Source: Syncephalis fuscata S228
Taxonomy: Eukaryota > Fungi > Zoopagomycota
DNA length: 64,000 nucleotides
Reading direction: 5' to 3'
Assembly: GCA_025786725.1 (NCBI GenBank)
Contig: JAHLTZ010000020.1
Span: forward strand, 372,001 to 436,000
Translations under genes and position numbers: made by a program
Part shown: positions 27,311 to 39,610 of the stretch, piece by piece
Layout: each line of letters starts with the position of its first letter
How positions within the stretch are numbered: position 1 is the stretch's first letter
Notes under the pieces: model-generated
Seen by the model: the letters and a program-made list of their open reading frames with translations, nothing else
Told to the model about the DNA's origin: nothing
Databases searched by the model: none

Positions 27311-29805
27311 TTATATGCGTATAATCTCCACTTTGGTACGCTCTGCGAATTTGTGCGTTAGGCGGCGATTTGCCTCGGTTGTGTAGAACAGCTCTGCGCT
27401 AAAGGGATGCACAGTAATTCGTGCATAAGTGCCACCGGTCTGTTTACGCGATAGCCGTCCTGGATTGACACAAAGTGACTCAGTGCCGATAGTCTATTTA
27501 GAAAATAATTTGTTAATTGTACCGTTGTGTAATTTATACACAGCTTACTTTGCAGAAATGTCGTAGTTGAGAAGGAATGATTAATAGATCTGGCTGTTGG
27601 TGTATGGCTAGTGCTTCAAGTCGTTGCATATCTACCGATTCACCAAGTGCTGGCGGATACAAAGGATAAAAGCTAAATACATACATAATTAGCTATTGAA
27701 TTTATACACATCACAACTACTATACTTGCCTACGCTGTTCCAATAGATGACTTGCCAAGCGAGCAAGTCGGTCTGTGTTGGTAGGAGCATGGGCAATTCT
27801 TCTTGGCTAATGTGCATTAGAATATCAGTGCTCATAATGCCAATATGCATTTCATTGATGCGTATCTGGACTGGATTAGGCCAGCAGAAAAGCTGGTTTG
27901 ACAGAGACCGTATTGAAGATTTACGCTAATAAAGCATTTGGTTATACAACATGTTATATGTGCTACTTTTGCTACTTACTTTTGATAACAGATCAGATAG
28001 ATTCATAGGTGCTTGAGGTAACGATAAATAGTCGGTCATTAAATCGTCTGTAGCGGGAACTAGCGCAATACGTGTTGAAGAACAACGGGATAGTACATCA
28101 AGAATTGGACTAAGAATATACTCGTCAAATAATTCTTCAGGCATTTTATCCGTTTGTCCGTGTATCATCATTGGATGTTGTCGATCAAGGAATGGACCCA
28201 TCTAGTAAATTAATTAGTTGATTATATGGCATCAATAGACTAATTACCAGAATAACTAGATCAGGTAGATTTTGCTCTATCTTTTTTAATAGCTCTACTA
28301 AAGGCTCGAATTTTAAACTATCATCAAGTGTATAAGGACCAGCTGCCACAATAAGACCAACTGGTTCATGTTCTATGCCCTGGCTACCAAGATGGTATTC
28401 GCGTAGCTCAGTTAATGGTGTTTTGGGCAATGCAATAGGAGGCATCTAATAATAATATTGTTAATAATAATAGTAATAATAACAGCAATAGTGAATTAAA
28501 TAAATATCAACTTACATTATAGAGCTTTGTTATCATAAAGTGTTCACCCGTATTATTAACACCTTGTAATCCAATAATCTAATCATTATTAATGTAAGAT
28601 TATTAATATATTTAGTATTAATATACACACCTGACCCGGAAACAGAGCAAATGAAGCCAAAGAATCTAGCCGAATGCGAACTCGAGCACCTTGTCCTGCA
28701 TCGCTGCTCGCCTCAATGATTACCGATGCATCATTTAATCGGGCATCACTATCACAGCATATTCTGCCCACCACGTCATTTCACCCTTAATAATTATAAT
28801 CAAAAAAACAATTATTAATTAATGAATTAAATCGTTTAGCTAGTGAAGCAACTAATTACCTGGCTTGGTACACCTGGATGGCACCAAGTTGTAAGCTGAT
28901 GTGCCTCAGAGATAATCGATCCATGTTGTTCAATCAGCTGATCAAGCACTAAATATTGACCATTAGTAGTGTTATTGCTACTAAGTTATTTTTACTTACC
29001 AGTAGCCTTTTGAGCCACCTTTTCAAACATGTATCGATAGGATCCTTCTTGTTGTGCATCCAACAATGTTAATGAGAAAGGCCCGGATGAAGGTTTGGTC
29101 GGCGCGAATTTAGCAAGTTTTTCATTGTAGCACTCTTCTACGGTCCCTCGATTGTCACGATCAGCAAATTTTGAGTTTTGTGTAGAGCTAACAATGACAT
29201 TAGAAATACAGTTAACAAGTAAATAGTCTTATTACATGGCTAATGTTGATAAAGATTTGACAGTATCATTTGTAGATCCCGGTATAGAGCGTAGATGATT
29301 AGCTCGTGCTGTTGATTTGATAGTAATTCCATTGACACGCACGCGTTTCATAGGCGTATCGGCAAAGGATCCGCCCTGCAGCCTATTGCATCGTTAGTAG
29401 GTAGGTAGTAGCAGTCGGTGAGCTATGGAATTACATTGATGCTAGTGAATTCTCGTCAAAAGTAAAGCTGGTATCGAGAAAGTCGCCGCCACTAGCTGCC
29501 GTACTAGACTTGGTAGCTTTTGGTCTTTTAGCATGTTTATTTACTTCATCGCTAAGCATAGCAAGTGTATCGTCATTAAGTTTAAAAGTATCATTACTTC
29601 TGCTTTCGCGAATACAACAGGCCTCCCAATGAGCATAAAGATCTTCGGCCGATAAATCGTAAAGCCGGCACAGCGATTGCACTGCAGTGGCCAGGTTAGT
29701 GAATTCACACCATCTTCCAATAGAAAACGTACATTTTGAAAGCGCATGGGTTGGCGCGTCTTGAAGCACCTGTGCAAAGTATTTTCCGACTTCTTCGGTG
29801 CTCAT
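27311..29805 (-). CDS. POL12: DNA polymerase alpha/primase regulatory B subunit, multi-exon
   Basis: LCRLYDLSAEDLYAHWEA, YRYMFEK, VGRICCDSDARLNDASVIIEAS, FALFPGQ, AAGPYTLDDSL, MGPFLD, FYPLYPP, PDLLIIPSQLRHFAK, VNPGRLSRKQTGGTYA. Confidence 0.92.
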
Positions 29806-29915
29806 GGTTGGTCGCAAGGTAGAAGAAAGCTTAGAGCGACGGAAAAAGAGAAAATAAATTGTGGATCTGCATCTGCCATGTGGTGTAATCAAATCATTTT
29901 AAAAATAAATTAAAA

Positions 29916-29921
29916 ACGCGT
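29916..29921. promoter_or_regulatory. MCB-like element (ACGCGT) ~110 bp upstream of the POL12 start
   Basis: AAAAACGCGTAAA within AT-rich DNA upstream of a DNA replication gene; MCB is the known fungal G1/S element. Confidence 0.45.
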
Positions 29922-30640
29922 AAATTTAATTGTATTTCAGCCAGTGTTATTCTGTATGGATCATCCACACCTTATGATTTGCACCTTCAAGTCTAACGGG
30001 CTCAGTTGCAAATTAGTCAAGTTCATCGTGTAGTTTAACGGCCTACGGATAGGTCGATTGTCGCCTTGTTCCTGCTTGCATATGACTGCTGCTGGCGCAT
30101 GCATAAGGTTGCCGCTTAATAGAGCAATTAAATAAAACTGCAGCGTAAATAAAAAATAAGGGGCGGATTTGCCGCTTAAGTGTCGATCTTTTACTTGGAC
30201 ACAATGAAAATAAAGATTACCTTTGCTGATGCTGCTACAGCGATGGTTGCTAGCTAATTGACTACTCGGTTGTTGTTGTTGGTATTATTGTCGTCGAAGT
30301 AGTGCTGAAGCAGCCTTGAGCATCTGCTTATTATTACAGTAATTGCAGTGCCTTTATATTAGACAAAATACTATATATACTAAGCATGTTATGCTACATC
30401 TTCAAGTATATTCGTTATCCGACTACATCGACCTCGTCGTATCCCAATTAGTTACACTTACAAAGCATCGTCTCTTATTTCAATCTGAGTTGTCATTAAG
30501 ACGTTCGTTTACCTTACTCAATTTATCGTACACATTCTTTCAACGTACACTATCTACTACTGCCCTGCGTTTAATTCTGCGCTTGCATCTTTATTTGTTG
30601 TACTCGCTCAGCTGTGTTCCTACTTAGATCTGTTTGCATC

Positions 30641-33063
30641 ATGTTCCACCAACTTAGTGTTGCTGCTTTACTAGTTTTGTGCGCTAGCTCAGCTCAGCTT
30701 GCTATTGCTGCACCCACATATGGCGAGTCGTTTGTTGGAGGAAAGACAGCCGTGGTTGGAGTGGATCATGGCGCAGGCTATGGTGGTCCAGCTGTTGTGA
30801 TGCCTGTTGCCTCTGAAAGTTATGAAAAGCCATCGGCTGGCGAAGTGTTTACAGCACCTGCGCATGTTGGATCTCATAAATCAACTGCTGAGTTTCCTAC
30901 CCACGAGGAGAACTATGAAAATGGCGGCCATGGTGGATTTGGCTCCAACAGTGTTTTCACTGCCGGTAAAGCACACGGCGCTGGCTACGGAAACGGTGGT
31001 GTTCATGGCGGCCTTGCTCAAAAAGAGATTATCCACGACACGAAAGCTGCTCATGGAAAAGAGTTTGGCCATGGCTCAGCATTGGACCATGTAGAAAATG
31101 GTGGTGGCTTTAACTCTCATAATACCGGCTACTCAGGCGGTGAAGGCCATAGCACTGGCCATAGCACCGGCCATACTGGAGGCCATGCCTTAGGCCATAG
31201 CACTGGCCATAGCACCGGCCATACTGGAGGCCATGTCTCAGGCCATGAATGGCCACTGGAGCCATGCCTCAGGCCATAGCACCGGCCATACTGGAGGCCA
31301 TGTCTCAGGCCATGAAATTGGCCATACTGGAGGCATGCCTCAGGCCATAGCACCGGCCATACTGGAGGCCATATCTCAGGCCATGAAATTAGCCATACTG
31401 AAGGTCATGGTGCGGGCTATGGTGAAGAAGAAGTTATTGGTCACACTGGAGGTCACGGTACAGGTCATACTGGAGGCCATGTCTCGGGCCATGAAATTGA
31501 CCACACTGGAAGCCATGGTGCAGGCCATACTGAGAAGATGTCATTGGTCACAACGGAGGACATGCCATTGGCCACTCTGGCGGTCATTTAGCTGAAAGTG
31601 CTGGCTATAGCAAGCCTCATTATCGTCGTAGTCTTATGCGCCGTGGTGAAGACTATGGTGACTATGAAGAAGACAAGGCCGGCCATGGTGGAGCCGCTCC
31701 AGTACATTCTGGTCCTGGAAAGAAGCCATGCACTACTAAAGGGCATTTGGGTGGCGATGTAGCCGGCCACCACTCGTCTAATGGTAGCTTTGAAAGCGAA
31801 GGCTCATCTGAACACCACGAATCTGAAGGCCATGGTGGTAAACACGGTGACAGCTATGGCAGCGAGACCGGCTTTGGCCATTCTGGCAGCCACGGTGGCA
31901 AGACTGGTTTTGGACACTCAGGAGGCCATGGTGGCGAGACTGAAGCTGAGTATACTGGCAGCCACAATGGTGAAAATGGCTTCAGTCATGGTGGCGAGAC
32001 TGGCCTTAGTCACTCTGGCGGCCACGGTGGTGAGACTGGCTTCGGACACCACAGCACTGGTGGCGGCCACGGTGGTGAATACGGCAGTGAACACTCTGGC
32101 GGCCATGGCGGTGAAGCTGGCTTTGGCCACTCCGGTGGTCATGGCGGCGAAACTGGCTTCGAGCACCACAGCACTGGTGGCGGCCACGGTGGCGAGACTG
32201 GCTTTGGCCATGGTGGTGAAAGTGAATCTGAATATTCTACTGGTCACGGTGGCGAGACTGGATTCGGTCATGGCGGCGAGACCGGCTTCGGTCACTCTGG
32301 CAGCCATGGTGGCAGTCACGGTGGCGAGATTGAAACTGAGTATGCTGGCGGTCATGGCGGTGAGTCTGGCTTTGGTCACGGTGGCGAGACTGGCTTTGCT
32401 CACTCTGGCGGCCATGGTGGCGAGACTGGCTTTGGCCACTCTGGTGGTCACGGTGGCGAGACTGGCTTTGGTCATTCTGGTGGCCACGGTGGCGAGACTG
32501 AATCCGAATACTCTGGCGGCCACGGCGGTGAAGCTGGCTTTGGTCACTCCGGTGGTCATGGTGGCGAAACTGACTTTGAGCATCACAGCACTGGTGGCAG
32601 CCATGGTGGTGAATATGGCAGTGAACACTCTGGCAGCCACGGTGGTGAGACCGGTTTTGAACACCATAGCACTGGTGGCGGTCACAGTGGTGAGACTGGC
32701 TTCGAACATCATGGACCAATTGGCGGTGAAGCTGGCCATGAACACCATGGCGCCGAGTCCGATACTGAGCATTACGGCAATGGTGGCCACACTGGCAAAA
32801 AGCCTTGCCCACCTAAGGCCGGTCATAGCAGCGGCGGATTTGGCGATACGGCACCCGCTGGCAAAGAGTTTTTCGTGTCGCAGCCTGCCGAGCATGTAGC
32901 TGGCCATGAAGCTCACAACACAGGCGGCGTTCCCAGTGAAGAATCCTACCACAGCGAGCACGACACAGGCAGCGCCGGCCACGGCAAGAAAAAATGCACC
33001 CTCCCAGGCAAGCACAGCCATAGCGCTGGCAGCGGTCCCATTGCTCACGGAAGCGGGTACTAA
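30641..33063 (+). CDS. Secreted His/Gly/Glu-rich repeat protein (~800 aa if frameshifts at ~31250-31535 are corrected)
   Basis: Signal peptide MFHQLSVAALLVLCASSAQLAIAAP; GHSTGHSTGHTGGH repeats, then many GHSGGHGGETGF repeats. The 31636-33063 ORF continues upstream in frame (GHSGGHLAESAGYSKPHYRRSL). Confidence 0.8.
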
Positions 33064-33064
33064 A

Positions 33065-33275
33065 ATGTTTTGCATTAATATCTCATCTTTTTCAGTACAG
33101 GGTCTTTCGAAGACGACGATGACTCGATTTATTCTTTGTCAGTTCGTCTCTATGATTGTTTAGCGCACACGTCATCCTTTGCGCCCCTTTCTAACGCGCC
33201 ATTATCTTAACGGCTGCATCAATTTAAATAAAGCTTTTCATACTTATATATAAAGTTGACATCATTGATTTGTTA
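33065..33275 (+). repeat. ~210-bp diverged direct repeat, copy 1 (copy 2 at ~34462-34672)
   Basis: Shared CGATGACTCGA, GCACACGTCATCCTTTGCG, CCTTTCTAACGCGCCATT, AACGGCTGCATCAATTTAAATAAAGC. Confidence 0.85.
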
Positions 33276-33324
33276 TTATTATATTGATATTGAACAACTT
33301 ATTATTAATGTATTTGTAATTTGG

Positions 33325-34300
33325 AAGTCAAATGACTTTTTTGTAACATTCGCGTAGTTGAACTACATTTTCGTTGTATTGAACATGGGACGAGTGGCAG
33401 TTTTATTTAATCATCACATCATTACATTTATTGTTTTTGATGGTCAAATGACTACATTAATAACATCCAGTCTATTGAACATGATGATGGGTGGTGAGTG
33501 GCATCAGTCATCAAATACTCATCAGCATAGATTCGTTATCCAGTATGCATATATCCAGTACACATATATATTTTATTCCTATTCTGTCCCAAACTACTAT
33601 ATACCATTTATAATATACTAGCACATTTTATTGTTTATATGTTTCATTACACTTCACTCATTCCACTCATTGCATTATATGCACTATAACTTTAACATCG
33701 TTTTATATGCTTTCTTACGGTACATTTATCATTTATATACGATTATATACTCATTCGCATTGCTCTATCCAAATCTGTTTTTTTTTTGTTCTAGTTATAT
33801 TAATAAAGTTGACTAATGTCGGTCATTGCTCATGCATATATGCTCAATAACTTTAACATTGCTAATCTTGTTCAATATGCATATTTAGTATAATGTTTAT
33901 CATTTTATTGTATATTAACTATACGCTGTCTGTAGCCGTTGTTGGTATGGTTACAGTTTTTTACTAATAAAAATTAAAATATCGCACTTAGTTTTCACTG
34001 AGTTATATTGATAGAGCAAATAATATGAATATAACAGAGTTATGTTTTATTAAGATTATTTATAAACAAACTAGATTATGTCAATTAGTTATGATTTTAA
34101 TGTTAATCAAGCAAAATGACGGGTATATATAGCAATAACACATACTGTGATGCTATATTTATACTGGATAATAAATCTACAATGATGAGTATTTGATATT
34201 GATTCACTCACCATCCATCATCATGTTCAATAGATTGGATGTTATTAAATGTTAGTCATTTGATCGTTAAACAAACAATAAATGTAATGATGTGATGATT
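33325..34300. mobile_element. Non-autonomous MITE-like element with ~150-bp imperfect inverted termini (~33410-33560 / ~34150-34300)
   Basis: TCAAATGACTACATT..AACATCCAGTCTATTGAACATGATGATGGGTGGTGAGTG..TCAAATACTCATCA recurs as its reverse complement at ~34170-34265. The interior is homologous to 57330-57620 (inverted), 50630-50830 and 39325-39610. Confidence 0.72.
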
Positions 34301-34461
34301 ATTAATAATTTAAGCTTGCAAGTGGAGCCATATGGAAAGCAATTAAATTTCATTTGGCACCAAAAATCAGTATTATGGAGCATATTATTATTAGATTAAT
34401 AAGCGTGAAGACTATTTTGAATAAAAATAGTTTTAAATATATTATTAGCACATTTGTAGTA

Positions 34462-34672
34462 GTGTTTTTGCATCAAATTTTCATTTTTTCATTACGAGTT
34501 CTTCCGAGGACAGCGATGACTCGACCTATTTTCGTCAATTCGCCTCTACGGTTGTTTAGTGCACACGTCATCCTTTGCGTCCCTTTCTAACGCGCCATTT
34601 TATCAACGGCTGCATCAATTTAAATAAAGCCCCGCGCTCACATATATAAAAGTCAACATTATTGATTTATTG
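34462..34672 (+). repeat. ~210-bp diverged direct repeat, copy 2, forming the upstream region of the TMEM14 gene
   Basis: Homologous to 33065-33275. Confidence 0.85.
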
Positions 34673-34686
34673 TCTCGAGTGCAAGT

Positions 34687-35202
34687 ATGTCACATCATCC
34701 AGCATATACTATGGCAGGCCTATGTAAGTCAATGTCCAGTGTTGAATACGGGCCATTTCACCACTTTCTAACTCATTATCTACTTGCTTATTGGTGTTTT
34801 GCCGCTAGGTGCCTTGGGCGGTGTTATCGGCTATGCAAAAGGACGTTCGATGCCATCACTCGTGGCCGGACTTACATTTGGCACTGTCTATGGCGTTGCA
34901 GGGTAAATAGACTATACTCGCAGTATAAATAACAATCTAACTTGTCAAATCAGCTATCTAATTCAGCAAAACAAAGACCATGGCCATGATCTGGCAGCAG
35001 GTAGGTGTACACCTTCTTCAGCATATCATGCTCATTCGACCGCTTAATACGCTCAATAGGCGCCGCCTCGATACTTATGATGGCCATGCTTCCGCGAGGC
35101 ATGCGTACAAGAAAACCGGTGCCTCTGATGTTGGCCTCGCTTGGTATTGCTTCAGGTGCCTATCATTTCCGAAAGGCCTACGAAGAACGTAACGGAGTTT
35201 GA
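34687..35202 (+). CDS. TMEM14-family small membrane protein, 4 exons
   Basis: MSHHPAYTMAGL|CALGGVIGYAKGRSMPSLVAGLTFGTVYGVAG|YLIQQNKDHGHDLAA|...ASILMMAMLPRGMRTRKPVP. Confidence 0.88.
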
Positions 35203-37625
35203 ATAAATAATTGCATTGTTTTCATTACCATATTTTGCCATGTTCTGCTATATTTGTAGCTCACGCGACTCTAACAACATACTTGCATGTGTTACAAATT
35301 GCTCAGTTGACAATGTTTGCTGCTATTTGTGTGCATATCCAAGTAAAGTACTCGGCAATAGATTTTGCTTCATGCTTGTTGAAATTTAATGTCTCACATG
35401 ACTAAGATTTCCATTACATACCAACCAACCAGTAATGGTCAGCTGTAAGACCAAATCATTCCCTGATCCAACGATTTGGCCCATTTATCATATGAACTAT
35501 CGCAATAACAAATACGAGCAACAAAGACGTAGATTGTTATCAACAATACCATCAATATGTCAGCATTATTATTGCCATTACTATTACCATTATAGTCAGC
35601 GGACGACCAGTATATAAAATAATATGCTTTAGTAATCAAATAAAAACTATCCCATATCCAGTTGCTACTGGTTTTCCTCTGCTTTTAAAAGCACTTGTGT
35701 TAAGGTTATGCTATTATGTCCAAATATAGTGAATTCGACAGCAATTAGTATTGTCCATGCAGACACTAGCTAGCTTGCTTGATCTTACAGCTACAATCTG
35801 CAACCATTGTCTTATCAATCACATATCAATAGTGTCTGGTAAAAGAATTTGCCGACTTTTTGTGTAACATAGACCAGCAATCCAAGCAGCTGTTCAAAGG
35901 ATTGCTTGCCTATGTGGATGAAATGTTTTCGTTTATGTGCCACAAAAGATGTACCAATAGAAATGCTGTTAAGCAAATGATTAGTCCAATCATCATACTA
36001 TCAATTTCAGTGTTTAATTTAAAAAAAACAAAGTCATACGGCGATGGTACGGTGCAATAAAGTTGACGAAAGAGTAAGACAACGAGCGAAATTAACACAT
36101 GCCACTCTAGCACGCTGCACATATGAAACAAATCTCAAGGTGGATTTGTATTGCAGCAATTGTTCTGCCCAAGCTTTACTTGATCGTACCCTGAAGCTAG
36201 CCGCGCACAACCTTGAACTAATACCGGTCATTGCGGCGGTTATTGCAAGCCAAGTCGGATTGTGATATCATTGTATAAGGGCAATTAGGCAGCATAAGCC
36301 ATTGAAGAAAGCCGTGCGCTACACAACGATTCCGGTATTCAATATATCCCAGTCGATTTTTTGTTATGCAATCCTGAATGTGCATATGCAAATGTATGAA
36401 TAGTACAACCAGATAAAAACAAATGTTTTTTTCAAATGCCATTACAAAAAAAATAACGGCCAGCTGTTCCGTATCACTAGTCTTGTCATTATCTTCGTCG
36501 TGCTTATGGTCCCGATTGGATTGCCGTCGTGTTAACCTGTAATGAACACTTGTTACTGATATCCGAAAACAGCAATATTATGACGTAAAATAGGCCTCCA
36601 GTTCCTTTGTACAGTGTGCGTGTATGAGAGCACTAATTGCACGCTGCCTTCGCGTGCAGTCGTGTGTAGCAATCTTGTACGTAAAAAGAAATGCATGCTG
36701 TGCAACATGCATGCTATTCGTTCCCCCTTCTCATTTGCTCCTCTCGTCGCTTCCTTCCATGGTCGATCCACATTCATCATCGAACTGGTGCGGCGAGCTG
36801 CACGCGTGTTGTGTGTGCGCGAATAGCAGGCCTTCTTTCCAGCGCTTTCCATGTGATGAGCCCATACACAACACACTGATAGCACTCACTTCCTCTCAAA
36901 AAGCAAGTTGCACAGATAGGAAAACCTGCTACTGGTGCCGCCGGTTATTGTTCGCTTGCTGCATAGACCTGTCATTCCCCTCACTTGAAGGTAGGCGCAG
37001 CCGCCATTATCGCCCAGCCAGCGGCCATTCACCGTCTGACCATGTGGACTCTCCTTTCTGTCTCCACAAGCGCGGCTCGCCTACAAAATCCACGCAATTG
37101 TCTTGATGGCGCTTTCTTTGTTCCACTGTCTCCGTCGCCCCACCTCTTTGTTTTAAACTAGTTTCTCGATTGTTCAAGTTGCGCTACTGATATATAAATA
37201 TATATATATACTCAAGTGTATATCTTCTAATCGATATCTATCCCATACTGATATTTCTCTGTCTTTACTACCAACACTACCCTCCATCTATTATCAATTT
37301 TCCCCGGCTTCTACTATTGCCGTATTTTGTCCAGTATAGCCTAGCTGCTTGGGACGACGTGTACTAAGCTTATTGCCAAATACTTTACTTTCTGCTATTT
37401 ACTATCAGTGCCATCGAGACTGTTTAATCGCCTTTAATTTATATTAGCGATTATTGTTTCATTTATATACACAAATCAAGTGAACTTAAAATCACTCATT
37501 AATTCAACACCTCCTTCTGTGTGTGTGTGTGTACCTTAAATACAAGACTATATTTGTTGTTGTTTTTGGTTAAATCCACCAAGTTTCTTTAAACAATTTT
37601 AGGATATACTACAACATATTTCAGC

Positions 37626-38273
37626 ATGAAGTTTATTTCTACTGTACTTGTTGCCGGAGCAGCACTGGCCTGCTTGTTCGAATCGGTGGCAGCATATGAT
37701 CGCGATTTGATGGTATGTTTGGTGAATACCGAACGTCAACAAAGAGGACTTCCAGCTCTTGGTCGTAATGGCGCTCTCGACAATGCTGCGCAAAGACACT
37801 CCAACGATCAGGCCAGCCGATGTGTCATGTCGCACACCGGCTCAGATGGTACATCGCCATCCGATCGTATCACAGCTTCCGGCTATGAGTGGCAAGGTTT
37901 GGCTGAGAACGTCGCCTTCGGTTGGCCAAATGAGGGTGTCTGTATGAAGGAATGGATGAACTCGCCGGGTCATCGTGCAAACATTCTCACTGCAAAGTTT
38001 AAACAGTTTGGTTCGGCCGTTGCATATAGCCCAAATGGCAATGTCCCTTACTATACACAAACCTTCGGTTGCAATGGTGAAACTGGTCCATTCCCAGTTT
38101 GTCCTGGTCGTGGAGCATACGCGAATGCCGAAGTCAATGTCGACGCGAACGCACAAGTGAGAGCTCCTGGACCCGCACCAGCTCCTAGAACATACATTCC
38201 CGCACCACCACAATACATTCCCGCACCACCACAGTACATTCCCGCACCACCACAGTACATTCCAGTCCATTAA
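37626..38273 (+). CDS. Secreted CAP/SCP protein 1 (bacterial YkwD-type), intronless, C-terminal (YIPAPPQ)n tail
   Basis: Signal peptide; CLVNTER..GLPAL, AAQRHS, MSHTGSDGTSPSDRI..GY, AENVAFG, WMNSPGHRANIL, YYTQTFG. Confidence 0.93.
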   Translation: MKFISTVLVAGAALACLFESVAAYDRDLMVCLVNTERQQRGLPALGRNGALDNAAQRHSNDQASRCVMSHTGSDGTSPSDRITASGYEWQGLAENVAFGWPNEGVCMKEWMNSPGHRANILTAKFKQFGSAVAYSPNGNVPYYTQTFGCNGETGPFPVCPGRGAYANAEVNVDANAQVRAPGPAPAPRTYIPAPPQYIPAPPQYIPAPPQYIPVH

Positions 38274-39324
38274 GGATGCCGTCTTTACAGGCATTGGCCG
38301 TCAAAGATTACTTGTAAAATCTTTACACTCGCATTAATCTTTTTATTACATCTTCCGAGCGTGAGATCGCTTATTCCTCCTCCCCAACTTGTAATCCTGC
38401 ATTGCATCTTGATGATGCTTGCTGTGCAACTAATATAATTGCCGATGGCCACGGTTATCATAATTGGCCTTGCTATTGTGATTTAATTACTAGTATCAGT
38501 GTGTTTATTTATGTTGTAAAAATACGAATCAAAATGTTCCAATACTTAAATTATATTTCAACGCTAAACTTGGAATCACCAAAGAAATCGTCTAAAATAC
38601 TGGTTTAGCTTCTATATAATAGTGAAATGGTTGATATATAATTCAACGCTGAAAATTTTGAATATTGAATTTGAAACAGTAGTATTAACGGTGACGGTAA
38701 TAGTTATAACGTTTTTAATAAGCAAAGTAAACTGCTGCAATTTTATTTTATATAACTTGTATTTTAGTTTCGATGGACACTCCGACTATAGCAATGTTTA
38801 TAACAAATTGTAACTATTGCAAAACTGAATTGAACTTTTGCTATACGACTGCAATATTCTGATGAAACGATATAGCAACAATCATCTACTTGTTATCATG
38901 TGCTATCAACCAAGCCAAAAAAAAGCTTGGCAATGTTTTATTTAGCATGCGGAGGGTAGGCGCAATTTATTCTATAGAGCACAGTTTTTGCTGCAGCTGA
39001 CAAGCACATTGTTCGTTATCGGCAATAGGCCGTGTGCAATTTTTGAAAATCATTGAAAAACATGCGTGTAACCTTTGTGTAGTTGTATCTGCTTTGCAGG
39101 CAATGTACATGTTGTTTGATATTCATACTTTCAGAAAATGGATTAAATCACGCAGTAAAGCCATACTTCGTTACCGACCATTAAGGCGCACGCCTTGCTT
39201 TTATCTTCAAGAATCTGTAAGCCTTGTGTTTGCGTTTATTAGTCTAGATATAAAGTGTCTTTTAGCATATTATACGATTTGTTTGTATAGACAAATTATT
39301 AGCTAGTAGTCTAGTATATTTTTT

Positions 39325-39610
39325 AATGGTTAAATGACTACATTTGATAAAATTTGCACAGTTGAACAAACATTTGTTCTATTCAACATGGAACCAGGCA
39401 ATAATTTACATCAGAGCCCAAAATACTCACTATTGTAGATTTACTATTCAATGCGCATATATATTCTATTCGTCTATAGTCTTAGCTTTGTGTAGTAATG
39501 CTATTATTTAGCATTTTATTTTCTATTTGATGGGCTTTATTTGTTATAGGCCTCGACATAATTCACCCGTTTCAATCATCAGCTATACATATTATGACTT
39601 CAACACTGTT
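39325..39610 (+). mobile_element. Degenerate partial copy of the MITE-like family
   Basis: GGTTAAATGACTACATTT, CTATTCAACATG, AAATACTCACTATTGTAGATTTACTATTCAATGCGCATATAT. Confidence 0.55.

Noticed and set aside
31781-33075. Long alternative-frame and antisense ORFs (372, 385 and 191 aa) over the His/Gly-rich gene
   Set aside because: Shadow ORFs caused by repetitive GGN/CAY codons that lack stops in other frames.
35400-37200. Many short overlapping ORFs between TMEM14 and CAP 1
   Set aside because: No recognisable motifs or consistent splice structure. A degraded gene at 35430-36260 cannot be excluded but is not supportable.
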